Below are positions 40,458 to 50,700 of a stretch of 64,000 nt of DNA, in pieces; positions within the stretch are counted from its first letter, which is position 1; every line of letters starts with the position of its first letter. Origin of the DNA: an uncultured virus (IMG/VR IMGVR_UViG_3300035682_000022) (taxonomy: Duplodnaviria; Heunggongvirae; Uroviricota; Caudoviricetes). A model generated the notes under the pieces. The model was not told the DNA's origin. It made no database searches and was given only the letters and a program-made list of their open reading frames with translations. Location: the IMG/VR virus record IMGVR_UViG_3300035682_000022; one strand, given 5' to 3'. The translations under genes were made by a program, and so were the position numbers.

Positions 40458-41087
40458 ATGTTAGACTCAGATCTATTATACGAATTAAAAAAACAGCATG
40501 GTTCTTTATTCCAAACTTCAATCAAGAACCAAGTAGTTGTTTTTAGAGAGCTAAAGTTTTCTGAGTTTGATAGAATAGCTGAACATCAACTATCTGGCGA
40601 TTATACAAATTTAGATATAGAAGATTTTATAATAAAAAGTGCTGTAGTCTATCCACTAGAGTTTGATACAGACAGACTCCCAACTGGAATGATCTCTTCT
40701 TTAGCTGATGAGATCTTGCAAGAATCTGGCTTTTCTTCGGCTAAAAAAGCTAAAAATGTTTTAGAATCAAAAAGGCAACAAGCTTCTGAGGTAAGAAGCT
40801 TAATGAAAGCTTTTGTTTTGGCTACTATATCTACATACTCTGCTGAAGATTTAGATGATATGACTTATACAAAGTTGGCAGAAAACGTAGCTTTATCTGA
40901 AAAAATAATAGAAATTAAACAAAATATTCTTGGGATACAACCAACAAATGTAACCATCCAATTGGTAGACCCTGAAGAAGAAGCAGAAAAAGAACAAGAC
41001 TTCGCTAATAGATTTAATCAATCTAGAGGTGCTGGAGAAGCAGCCTATCAAGACCCAGTTGCTCAAAAGTTGTGGGGAATGCAATAA
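40458..41087 (+). CDS. Putative second tail assembly chaperone
   Basis: N-terminal half parallels the previous gene (LKKQHG...FRELKFSEF...EILQESGF). Confidence 0.5.
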   Translation: MLDSDLLYELKKQHGSLFQTSIKNQVVVFRELKFSEFDRIAEHQLSGDYTNLDIEDFIIKSAVVYPLEFDTDRLPTGMISSLADEILQESGFSSAKKAKNVLESKRQQASEVRSLMKAFVLATISTYSAEDLDDMTYTKLAENVALSEKIIEIKQNILGIQPTNVTIQLVDPEEEAEKEQDFANRFNQSRGAGEAAYQDPVAQKLWGMQ

Positions 41088-41104
41088 GAAAGGATCACTA
41101 AATC

Positions 41105-44100
41105 ATGATAAGAAATCGTGGTCCTATATCTACACTGGGGTACAACCTTACTTCTAGGGATCTCCCAGTTGACGAAGGGGAAACAGAAGGCCCAAGTCCT
41201 AACTCTGGAGCCATAGCAAAAGCGCTTAACGGTCATCCCGTTATGCGCTTTTTTGCATCTGCTGCAACTGCATTAGTCGCCACTCACGTATCATCTAAGT
41301 TTGTTTCAGCTGGTGGAATAAAACTTGCCACAAAAATACAAAGAGCATCTGATTCAGGTGGTCAATATGCTGGAGCAGCTACTAGATTTATCGAAAGTGC
41401 TAGTAAGATAAAGAAAGCTTTAGATGAGCTAGAAGGTGTACATAGGAGTATTGATGGTGTTGATCCATCAGATGTTTATTCTAAATTAGTTTTTGAATCT
41501 GGTGGACAAAGACTAAAGCAAAATTTAGATAGAGTAACGGGTGGAAGGTTCTTATTAGAAGCTGGTTCTTATCTCAAGACTTCTGAAATTAGAGCTGCTG
41601 GAAGAGGCATAACTCATGAGCCACCAGCAGTATGGACTCTTAAAGACGATATACAACAACTCTTAACGAGGAGAGCTAGAAATCTAGCTAGTGAATTGCC
41701 TGCAATGTATGTTGCTCAAAGAGTCGTTACGGAGCCATTGTATGGTGGTGGCGACAGAAGAGATAGAGGCAAATGGTATAACCCAGTAGACGTTATATCA
41801 GACTTTGCTAGACAATCAACCATAAATATAGCAAGCATGTTGACCCCACTGGAGCTTGGTGGGGCAGGACTTTCTAGGGCTAAGTTCCTTGCATCAGCCC
41901 CTTATTCTAAGAATCCAAATTTAGTTTTAACTGCCAGGCAGACTAAGTTATCTGAATCATTCCTAGACATCAAGACCATCTTAGGTAGCTTTGGTCAAGA
42001 TGTACAAAAGATCACGACTGGACTAACGAGGAACTCAACAGCTCTAGGGGTTGCCTTCAGCTCTGCCGCAGACACCGTTCAGGCGTCTTCAGGAAGCTCT
42101 GTTTTTGCGTTGCAGCAAGCTAGAAGGGGTCAGCAAAAAGCAGCACAGGCAGCCTCTGATAGGGGAGCTGGTAAATTACAAGTTGCTGCGTCAAAAGTAA
42201 AAAGCTATCTATTTGGCCATGAAGTAAATAATCCTTTAGACATAGATAATAATCAAACTTTTCAAGGGGCAATAGATGCGATTCCGGCAATGAGGGGAAC
42301 TACAACAGGTGCCAAGAACTTTAGAACAAGATTCAGAACTGCAAGAACAGCCTATGATGTATTAGATGGAGCTATATCTTATGATGAAGCACTTCGTAAG
42401 GTTAGTGGATCAGTAAGTGGAACTCCAGACGATGTTAGCAAGGCTCTTCTTTCTTCAACTATATTAAAAGTTAGAGACTTACACAGTAGCAAATTTACAG
42501 ATTTTTCTAATTCATTACTAGCTGGGATTGAAACCGCAGAAGGTGGATCAGGTGGCATTAGTGCCAAAGAGATGTCTAGAGACATGCAGGTCAATGAGTA
42601 TAAGAAAAATCTTAGATACAATCTCATCAATAGCGGAGTCAATGAAGACACAGCAAATAGGTTAATAAGATCAGTTGACATTAGTGAAGTTCCTAGATCT
42701 TTTTCAGGTGCAACAAATATCACCAGAAGATTAAACTTTGGTACATCGAAGCTAATTGATGATAATAATGAAAATGATTTTTTTGACCAAATAGTAAAAA
42801 GATTGACTCACACAACTGGATACAGTGATCCGACTTTAACTAAAGATGCACTAGCTGCATCAGTAGAGTTAACTGACATTTTGTTTTCTCAAAAAGAGTT
42901 TCAACAAAGATTAAATGCAAGAATTTCCAGCTCTTGGAGTGAATTATATGACAAGGTACACACCGAGTCAGCAAGAAGATTGGTCAAGCCTCAAAAGATA
43001 AACTATCAAGATTTTGAAGGGGACATAAGTCCAGATAAAGTTGACTATCTATCAAGATCAGTTGCCGATGTAATGGGAATAAAATTAACTGACGCAGATG
43101 GAAGAAGACTTTCCAAAAGTGTAATTGGAGATAGTTTAGCTAGACGTGGAATAAATGTTGATGACACAGGCCAGTTAAGAGCGTACCTAATAGAAAACAG
43201 GAGAATGAGTTCTCCTTTATTTAAAGATGGCTTTAATATACTTGGACTTAAACCATTATTAATAGACGAAGCATTTGATAAGGGAATATTTAATTATCTA
43301 GATACAGAACAAAAAGGCGTCATTGAGGAGATGGTTGGAAACATAGCCAGAACTGATCCTTTGTCTTCTACAATAGGTTACTCAGAAATGAAAGGCGTGT
43401 ATCAAACTAGATCTGGACAAGTCTTAGATACAACTAGAATAACCGGAATGTTGTCAAGGGCTGTTGATTTTGTACGAGATCAAACACAGATACCAGTTAT
43501 CAAGTTTAATCCACTAGACATGATTGGGCAAGGTGGTGCTCAAGGTGTTGATAAAAGAAAGATGTTTCAGTATGCAGAAGGTTTTTCAAATCAACCATTT
43601 GGAGAACTGGGATCACAAAGTCCTGATCTTTTCATATTCAGTCAAGAAAAAAGAGGATTCTTTGGACCTAAGGGAAGTATATCAGTACTATCCAGGGACT
43701 CTAATAACGACCCAGTAATAAACAAGCTATCAGGGATGTATCGTCAATTTTCTACTAGCGAAAATGACATGTTTGCTAGAGCATCAAAATCTGTTGCTCA
43801 AAGACAACTTACTTTAGCTTTACAAGCAAGAGGTCCACAAGATGACAGCTCGTTAGGATTTCTTGATAAAGTTAAGAAAAAATTTGATGTAGCAGAAGAA
43901 CAACAAAACTCACTTGCTAGGTTTACTGGTAGATTTCTTAGAAGAAAAAATGATATTAAAAATCCAACAGTCTTTGCAAGACTTATGGCCAATGAAGAGA
44001 TATCTACGGGAAGAGGTAGAACTCTATCACTAAGAAAAATTTCTGATGGTACAGATACAGAAGCTCCTAGATTTGGTGTAGTTGATCAATCTGGGAATAT

Positions 44101-47100
44101 GGTACACGACCATAAGTCTGTCTTAAATGCTTACGAATCATTCAGAAGAAGAACTCAAAGCTACGGAACACCAAAAGCTGTTATAAAAGAATTTGAAAGA
44201 AAAAATTCAGGATTCTTAGTTAACAATATAGATGGAACAAATGTTGCACTAAGTGATATTACTTCAGAGTCTCAACTAAGACAATTTGCAGTTCAAGAAT
44301 TAGACCTGGCTAGAGAAGCCTCTGTGGGCGTAAGGTCTTCTGGTCAAGACCCAAGGGCACTAACTGCTTCAGCAAGTATAGTTGAAAAACAGATGTCGCA
44401 ATTCAACTTGACTGAACTTTCTCCAAGGTCTAATACTTCTCCTACAATCACGACAAGAATGGATGATTTAAAAGAATCAATTTTTCAATTAGCTCTACAA
44501 AGAAGATCTTTCCAATCATCGTCTGGAAATCCTGGTCAAATAGCTATTGATATAGAAGAAATTGTTTCTGACCTAAGATCAAGAAATATAATAAGTCAAT
44601 CTCAAGCAACAGAAGCTAGAGCGGCAGGCCTTTCTGCGATGCTAAACTTTGTTGCCTTTGGAGGATACAAGAGATCAGCTACAGAAGGTTCAAACTTATC
44701 TCAAGCAATATCTGGCCTGTTAGATGTAAGAGCAGATTCAACAACTAGTCCATCCTATAAGGCTTTGTTCTCACCTTTCACGACAGGTAGGGTCGCTAAC
44801 GTTGGCAGTAGCGGATTTGGTAGCAGTTTCACAGATATAATAAGACCATCTATAGTTTCAAATTTTAAACCAGCAGATTATAGTCTAAATGAACTTGCAT
44901 CTAATCCATTAGGAAATCAAGGAACAGTTTTTGCTCCAACATTTGGAACTGCTGTTGGAGCAGTTGGCTTTAAAAGAGCTGCAAAGAGTGCATTAGGTAT
45001 AGGAACTTATAACGATGCACAAGGTTTTAGTTCTGGTTCAGTTCCTATCTCTCATGGAGTTGAAAGATTAAATAAATACTTTGAAACATTTGGCCTAGGA
45101 CTAGACACCTCTCAATATGGTGGTCCCTTGGATCTATATACAAGAGGAATGGTTGCGAAAAGAGTTCTACCTTTGCTTGCGGGAGGAACAGCATTAGTAG
45201 CCGCAGATAGAACAATTGGTGGCGTCGTAAATGACAAAGACGAAGAAGGCAATAGGGTATATTCTCCTTACCTTTTAGGCAAGGCAGCAAGAGGAGCAGT
45301 TGAAGTACAATCTGCTTTCTCAGGAATAACTCCTGGCGGAATGTCTTACGGTGAAAAAAAGGAACAATTAACTGAAGGCGAAGTTCCAATTAAGCAAGGA
45401 AGGTTTTGGCCACTTGGAGTAACTCCATTTGAGGGTGGCAAAACAATGTACTACAGACCTTCTTATTATAGAAGGCTGCAAGCGGGAGCATCTTACACCA
45501 AGGAGTCTTTTGGAAATCCATTAGAAAGACTTGCTTTTGGATACGACTTTTCACCACTAAGGCCATTTGACCCATACAGGTTTGAAAGACAACACTATGA
45601 AGATAGACCATACCCTGTAACTGGTGAATACTTTTCTGGACCATTTGGACCATTAACTCCTTTATTAAATGCAACTGTAGGAAAAGTACTAAAACCACAG
45701 ATAAGAATGCATAGGCAAGAAGTTGAACAAGGGCTTGCTAACTATGATGCAGCAGGTAAGAGTGGAGCTTACAATGCTGAAGGCTTATCCGGATATGGTG
45801 GAGATCAATACGCTTCAGGATACATCGGAGGAAAAGGTTCTCCATACGGTGGAGCTTATGGATTAGGCGCTTCTGCTTTATCTGGTTCCAATCAAAGACT
45901 TTCATCTTCTGGATCGTATTCAATGCAGAGCGCTTCGAACATGTCTTCTGCCGCTATATCAAATATAAATAGTAAATATATTGAAGCTAGCCAATATGGA
46001 CCAATGCCCAGACCGGGAGTTGTTCCTCCTAATATTATCCCAGCAGGAAGGCCAGTGCCAAGTGCAAAACTTGGAATCCAAGCTGGAGACATTGGCTATA
46101 GAACTCAAGAAATGGCTGGTATATACGGCTTTGGATTTGCTTCCATGAGAGAAGGTTATGGTTTTGGTCAGTCTGACTTTCAACCACAGGTTTCAGTTCT
46201 TCAGTCTGCATCTAAAGCTTATGGATCAGGAAGAGCATTTTGGGACCTAAACTTAGGTGGATTAGGTGACGTTCCTATTAAGCCAGAAGGTGCCCTTGGT
46301 AATATAGAAATATCTGAAATTGTTAGAAGATTTATTCCAAAAGAAAGAACAGATGTTACGCAGCTAAATCCTATAGCAAATACTATGGGTGTTAAATATC
46401 CATTCTTGCCAGGTTCAAATTATTTTAATAACTTTAAACAAGGAGATCCTTTTACTAAAGTTCCAGAAGGAGAAATAAGACTACCAGGTATTGGCTATAG
46501 AAGACTAAACCCAAACATGGGAGACTACAACGACCCTCTAACGCAGTTGGATATTCTTTCCGACGTTGCACCTTACTCTAAAGAATTTAGATCTCTTAAT
46601 AATAAAACTAGTGCATCTTCTTTAGATCCAGGGCAAAGAGAAAAGCTAGATCAAATACGAGCACAGGTAGCTGATACAACTAAGAAATACGATTTTACGC
46701 CTTATAAATATAAGTACTCTTCTCCAGAAGAGCTTGGCATGTCGAAAACAAGATTTGGCGTTTCTAGAATTGGTGAATATATAGCTCATAGAGATACTTT
46801 CATCAACACTAAGATCATGCCCAATAGGACCGCTCAAGAAGATTGGGAAAGAAGAAATGTTTATGGTGCAACATTTCCGGAATGGCAAAATCCAATTGAA
46901 AGCTTTATCAAGCCAATGTATTTTAAGTCTCAAGGAAGAAGTCCATTAACTAGTGGATTGATGATGGCTGGAGTTGGTGCAGCTTTTGGTAGAACTCCCA
47001 ACGCTAAGACTGCTGGAACGTTAATTGGTTTCGCAACAGGCGCTGGCTATAGCATGTATAATAAGGCTAGACAAGCTGTAACTGGTGAAAGATTTATTCC

Positions 47101-47761
47101 ACAAGAAAGAAAAAAACAATTAGCATTAGAAGAGAATATAGATATTCTAAACTATGTTAAGAATACTTCTTTAGCTAATCGAGCCGAAGAAATTGGAGAC
47201 ACTCAAGGGGCAGCTCAATTTAGACAAGCTGCTAAAAGAACAATGTATGGGGCAGACATTTATGGTGCGTCAGTAGATACTTTGTCTTTGGCCATACCAA
47301 AAAGAAAACGTGAACACTTTAAAGCTATGATAAATGCTCCAGTTGAGGAAAGGGAAAAAATACTTTCTACAGCACCAAGGTTAGAGAGAAGAATTTATGA
47401 AGCGTCATGGGGCATGAAGGTAGAACAAAGGCCAGATTTAGTTGAGCACTTTTCTAGACATGAGTTACCCGGTGCTTCTTGGGAGGGCTGGAACCCAAGT
47501 ACCAACATGGAACATGTTAAAATTAATATGGGTCAATCAATGGGAATCAATATGGCACAAATGGGTTACTATCCACAACAGATAAAAGAAGCAAACTTAG
47601 CAAACCCTAGTTACCCAAGCTTTAGTCAAAAGTCAAACCCAACAGATGTTGGGCAACAGATCAGGATGATGATGATTAGAAATGGCATATCAGGAAGTGT
47701 TGTTCCTGTGATGAACGGTTCTGGTTCTTCTGGTGTAGATATATATTCTGGTGTTAGGTAA
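41105..47761 (+). CDS. Giant virion protein, tape-measure-like by position
   Basis: 2218 aa directly after the chaperones; Ala/Gly-rich with hydrophobic segments. Confidence 0.55.
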   Translation: MIRNRGPISTLGYNLTSRDLPVDEGETEGPSPNSGAIAKALNGHPVMRFFASAATALVATHVSSKFVSAGGIKLATKIQRASDSGGQYAGAATRFIESASKIKKALDELEGVHRSIDGVDPSDVYSKLVFESGGQRLKQNLDRVTGGRFLLEAGSYLKTSEIRAAGRGITHEPPAVWTLKDDIQQLLTRRARNLASELPAMYVAQRVVTEPLYGGGDRRDRGKWYNPVDVISDFARQSTINIASMLTPLELGGAGLSRAKFLASAPYSKNPNLVLTARQTKLSESFLDIKTILGSFGQDVQKITTGLTRNSTALGVAFSSAADTVQASSGSSVFALQQARRGQQKAAQAASDRGAGKLQVAASKVKSYLFGHEVNNPLDIDNNQTFQGAIDAIPAMRGTTTGAKNFRTRFRTARTAYDVLDGAISYDEALRKVSGSVSGTPDDVSKALLSSTILKVRDLHSSKFTDFSNSLLAGIETAEGGSGGISAKEMSRDMQVNEYKKNLRYNLINSGVNEDTANRLIRSVDISEVPRSFSGATNITRRLNFGTSKLIDDNNENDFFDQIVKRLTHTTGYSDPTLTKDALAASVELTDILFSQKEFQQRLNARISSSWSELYDKVHTESARRLVKPQKINYQDFEGDISPDKVDYLSRSVADVMGIKLTDADGRRLSKSVIGDSLARRGINVDDTGQLRAYLIENRRMSSPLFKDGFNILGLKPLLIDEAFDKGIFNYLDTEQKGVIEEMVGNIARTDPLSSTIGYSEMKGVYQTRSGQVLDTTRITGMLSRAVDFVRDQTQIPVIKFNPLDMIGQGGAQGVDKRKMFQYAEGFSNQPFGELGSQSPDLFIFSQEKRGFFGPKGSISVLSRDSNNDPVINKLSGMYRQFSTSENDMFARASKSVAQRQLTLALQARGPQDDSSLGFLDKVKKKFDVAEEQQNSLARFTGRFLRRKNDIKNPTVFARLMANEEISTGRGRTLSLRKISDGTDTEAPRFGVVDQSGNMVHDHKSVLNAYESFRRRTQSYGTPKAVIKEFERKNSGFLVNNIDGTNVALSDITSESQLRQFAVQELDLAREASVGVRSSGQDPRALTASASIVEKQMSQFNLTELSPRSNTSPTITTRMDDLKESIFQLALQRRSFQSSSGNPGQIAIDIEEIVSDLRSRNIISQSQATEARAAGLSAMLNFVAFGGYKRSATEGSNLSQAISGLLDVRADSTTSPSYKALFSPFTTGRVANVGSSGFGSSFTDIIRPSIVSNFKPADYSLNELASNPLGNQGTVFAPTFGTAVGAVGFKRAAKSALGIGTYNDAQGFSSGSVPISHGVERLNKYFETFGLGLDTSQYGGPLDLYTRGMVAKRVLPLLAGGTALVAADRTIGGVVNDKDEEGNRVYSPYLLGKAARGAVEVQSAFSGITPGGMSYGEKKEQLTEGEVPIKQGRFWPLGVTPFEGGKTMYYRPSYYRRLQAGASYTKESFGNPLERLAFGYDFSPLRPFDPYRFERQHYEDRPYPVTGEYFSGPFGPLTPLLNATVGKVLKPQIRMHRQEVEQGLANYDAAGKSGAYNAEGLSGYGGDQYASGYIGGKGSPYGGAYGLGASALSGSNQRLSSSGSYSMQSASNMSSAAISNINSKYIEASQYGPMPRPGVVPPNIIPAGRPVPSAKLGIQAGDIGYRTQEMAGIYGFGFASMREGYGFGQSDFQPQVSVLQSASKAYGSGRAFWDLNLGGLGDVPIKPEGALGNIEISEIVRRFIPKERTDVTQLNPIANTMGVKYPFLPGSNYFNNFKQGDPFTKVPEGEIRLPGIGYRRLNPNMGDYNDPLTQLDILSDVAPYSKEFRSLNNKTSASSLDPGQREKLDQIRAQVADTTKKYDFTPYKYKYSSPEELGMSKTRFGVSRIGEYIAHRDTFINTKIMPNRTAQEDWERRNVYGATFPEWQNPIESFIKPMYFKSQGRSPLTSGLMMAGVGAAFGRTPNAKTAGTLIGFATGAGYSMYNKARQAVTGERFIPQERKKQLALEENIDILNYVKNTSLANRAEEIGDTQGAAQFRQAAKRTMYGADIYGASVDTLSLAIPKRKREHFKAMINAPVEEREKILSTAPRLERRIYEASWGMKVEQRPDLVEHFSRHELPGASWEGWNPSTNMEHVKINMGQSMGINMAQMGYYPQQIKEANLANPSYPSFSQKSNPTDVGQQIRMMMIRNGISGSVVPVMNGSGSSGVDIYSGVR

Positions 47762-47767
47762 TAATAA

Positions 47768-50700
47768 ATGAGTACAGTAAATCCAAAGCTTAGGCAAAGG
47801 GCAGCACAATTAGCACTTAGCACAATTCCGAAGTACGCCAACATAACTGTCAGCATAGATGCAGATGGCAATATTGTATATACAGATAAAGTAACTGGTA
47901 ATACCAGTTTGAACACTCCTGATGATGTCGTAAACAGTAGACTAGGTTTAGTCGACTATAGATTCTTTGATCCAGGGACAGGAAGAGGTCCATTAGCTAG
48001 TATAGGATCTAATGCAGGAGCACTGCAGCTAGACAGTGAAGTTATGGTTGTTAACCAGTTCTTGCGTGCAGCAAGAACTGATCCAGCAAAAGCTCAACAA
48101 TTGAGAAATCTTGGCTTAGGTCATATGATTGGTGAAGAAGTAACTGGAGAATTTCTTAAGTTTAATACTCGTGGACAAAGCAGTATAGTTCAAAGTGTGA
48201 AAAGACTTGCCGCACAAAAGGGAGCAGCTTCAACATCTATAACTGATGAGGGCTATTCACTCTTAGTCCTTAAAGGAAAAAATCGTGACGTTACAGCAAC
48301 TCAAGCATCTTATCTGCGAATACTTTCTGGAGCAGAACAAGTACAGCCTAGATTTTTAGCTCAATTAGCTGAAGTTAGTGAAGACGGTACTCAAAATTGG
48401 TCCAAGATTGGAAAGCTAGCAAAAAGACTTCAAAGCACAATGTCGCCTAGAAACGTTGCAGTTGGAGAAGAATTTATAAAAACAATTTTAGATACAACAC
48501 TAACAGCTAAAGGTCCATTTTCCTATACTGTTCCCTTTCACGATCGAGCATTAGTGATAGATGGAGTTGGAGCTAGATTTGCATTAATGTTTGGAGACCC
48601 AACAACTGACTACGGGATGACTGCTGCTGAAAGAGAATTTGCTATGGCAGGAGTTGGCGGAGATCCCATAATATTAACTAAAGCGGAAAAAGCCCTTAGA
48701 GGAAAAGCTAGACAAGATATCATGAAAATGAAGTGGGATCAAACACTTATTAGAAGAAAAGATATAGAACTAGGTTTACTAAGAACAACACATGGTATGC
48801 AAGACAATGAAATTAATATAATTCAACAGATGTTTGATGAAGCTAGCACAGAATTGGCAGATTCAAGTCACAGAGTGCACACTGATGCAAAGTACAAAGG
48901 CATGACACGTGTGCAAAAACAATTTGAATTAATGAAAGAAAAAGCAAAAGGGTTACGAAAAAGTGGTGTACCGATTGGTGAAACTATAGGTAGTAAATTA
49001 GAATCAACTTTTACTGCAATGGAAAAAGCTAGAGATGGACAATATTATATAACTGAATCTTTAGTAAAAGATATGAGGGCTGGTTTTCAGTCTGAGTTAG
49101 ATTCTATAGTAAACAGAATTAATTCAGCCGGAGTTACAACCACTTTAGAACAAACGCAAACAGTTAGAGAACTTCAAAAACAGATAGAACATCTAAACAA
49201 TACACTTAAAAAAATAGAATCTAATTCAGATGTTATAGCGAGAGTAAACATAGGCATTGGCCAATTCAAAGGTGAAGCTATGGTTATTAGTGATAGCAGA
49301 GCAAAAAGATTTAGAGATCCAATAACTGGATTGGTACCATATGTCATAGGTGATGTATCAGCCTTAAAAAAAGAAGTTGGAAGTAATCTTGCAAGAAATA
49401 TATTGTTCGACGTAGGAGAAAGTTCAACCAAAGCATTTTCAGATCCATTGATGATGCTATACCATGGTGATTACTTTACTCAACCAGCAATGATTGCATC
49501 TATGAGACAAAACGCAGCATATAGTCTGGAGAAAACTCAACAATTTATGCAATCTGGACTTGCTCCTAAAGAGGTAATGGAAGCCCTTAGGAGTGATATA
49601 GAAGGCGACTTAAAAGTAATAAAAGACGTAATGCTAGACCCACAAACAAGAATGTCACATCTTCGCAAAAAAAGAGAAGCAGAAGAAATTATGACACAAA
49701 TGGCTAGTGGCATTAGAGCAAATGAAATACCGGCTATGGTTAGAAGAGTTTCTGATCACTACAGTGCTCAAGTTGTTAGATTCAAAGATGGTAGATCAGA
49801 TGTAGTTATGCCAACAGCTAGCAGATTTAGTTTAAGAACTTTTGAATCAAGACAAGTTCTAGCAGAAGAATTTGATAATATACGCAAGACTTCTGTAGAC
49901 CTTGCTCATTATGGAATAAAAAGTAGCGGTTCGGATACTCTTAATACCGTAGGATTTAGACTTAGGGGACACACCCTCATGATGAGCGGTAGTGCAGCGT
50001 ATCTGTACCAACACTCATTGGGAGGATTCGACTTAGACGACAAAGGTATACCTTTGATGTCAACTTTTCAAGGTCCTGGTGGCAAAAAAAGATTAGCATT
50101 CCTTACCTTAAGGCAGCCCACTTCTTTCCAAGAGTCTTTAGCAATGAGTGCAGATCTTTCAGATGCGGAAACAGTTCATTCATTATTTGAAAATAATGAA
50201 AAGTTTAGGTTAGCTCTTGAAGACGATACTGTTCTTTCTGCTCTTGGAATAGACAAAAAAAGTAAAGCCTATCAAGATTTAAATAAGATGGTTAATGGAA
50301 GTAAAGCTGATCGCAGTAGTCTAGATAGGGGAAATGTTAACCAAGACCAAGTAGAAGATTATATTATAAGGATATCTGAACAATATGTATACCCAGAAGG
50401 TCTACCTCAATTAACTAATTCTCAAGTTGTGCAAATGGTTGCGGCTAAAAGTCCATCTGTGTTGGGTCTAGACAAAATAATTAAAGATCCTGTGACCGGA
50501 AAATTATCTCCATTTGGTGACTATATTAAAAGTCTTGGAATGGATCCAAGTGAGATACCAGTAGGATATGATTCTGATTTAATATTCCAAGTTTTAAAAA
50601 AATCAGCAGACCAAGATTATAACACTAGACTTTTAGCAGAGGCTTCTAGCACATTAGGCTATGCAGTTAGAGATGCAGATCACATAGGAGAAATCTTAAG

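Noticed and set aside
39921..41087. Classical -1 slippery frameshift between tail chaperones (lambda G/GT type)
   Set aside because: No XXXYYYZ heptamer evident near the end of the first gene; the second gene has its own ATG 3 nt after the stop.
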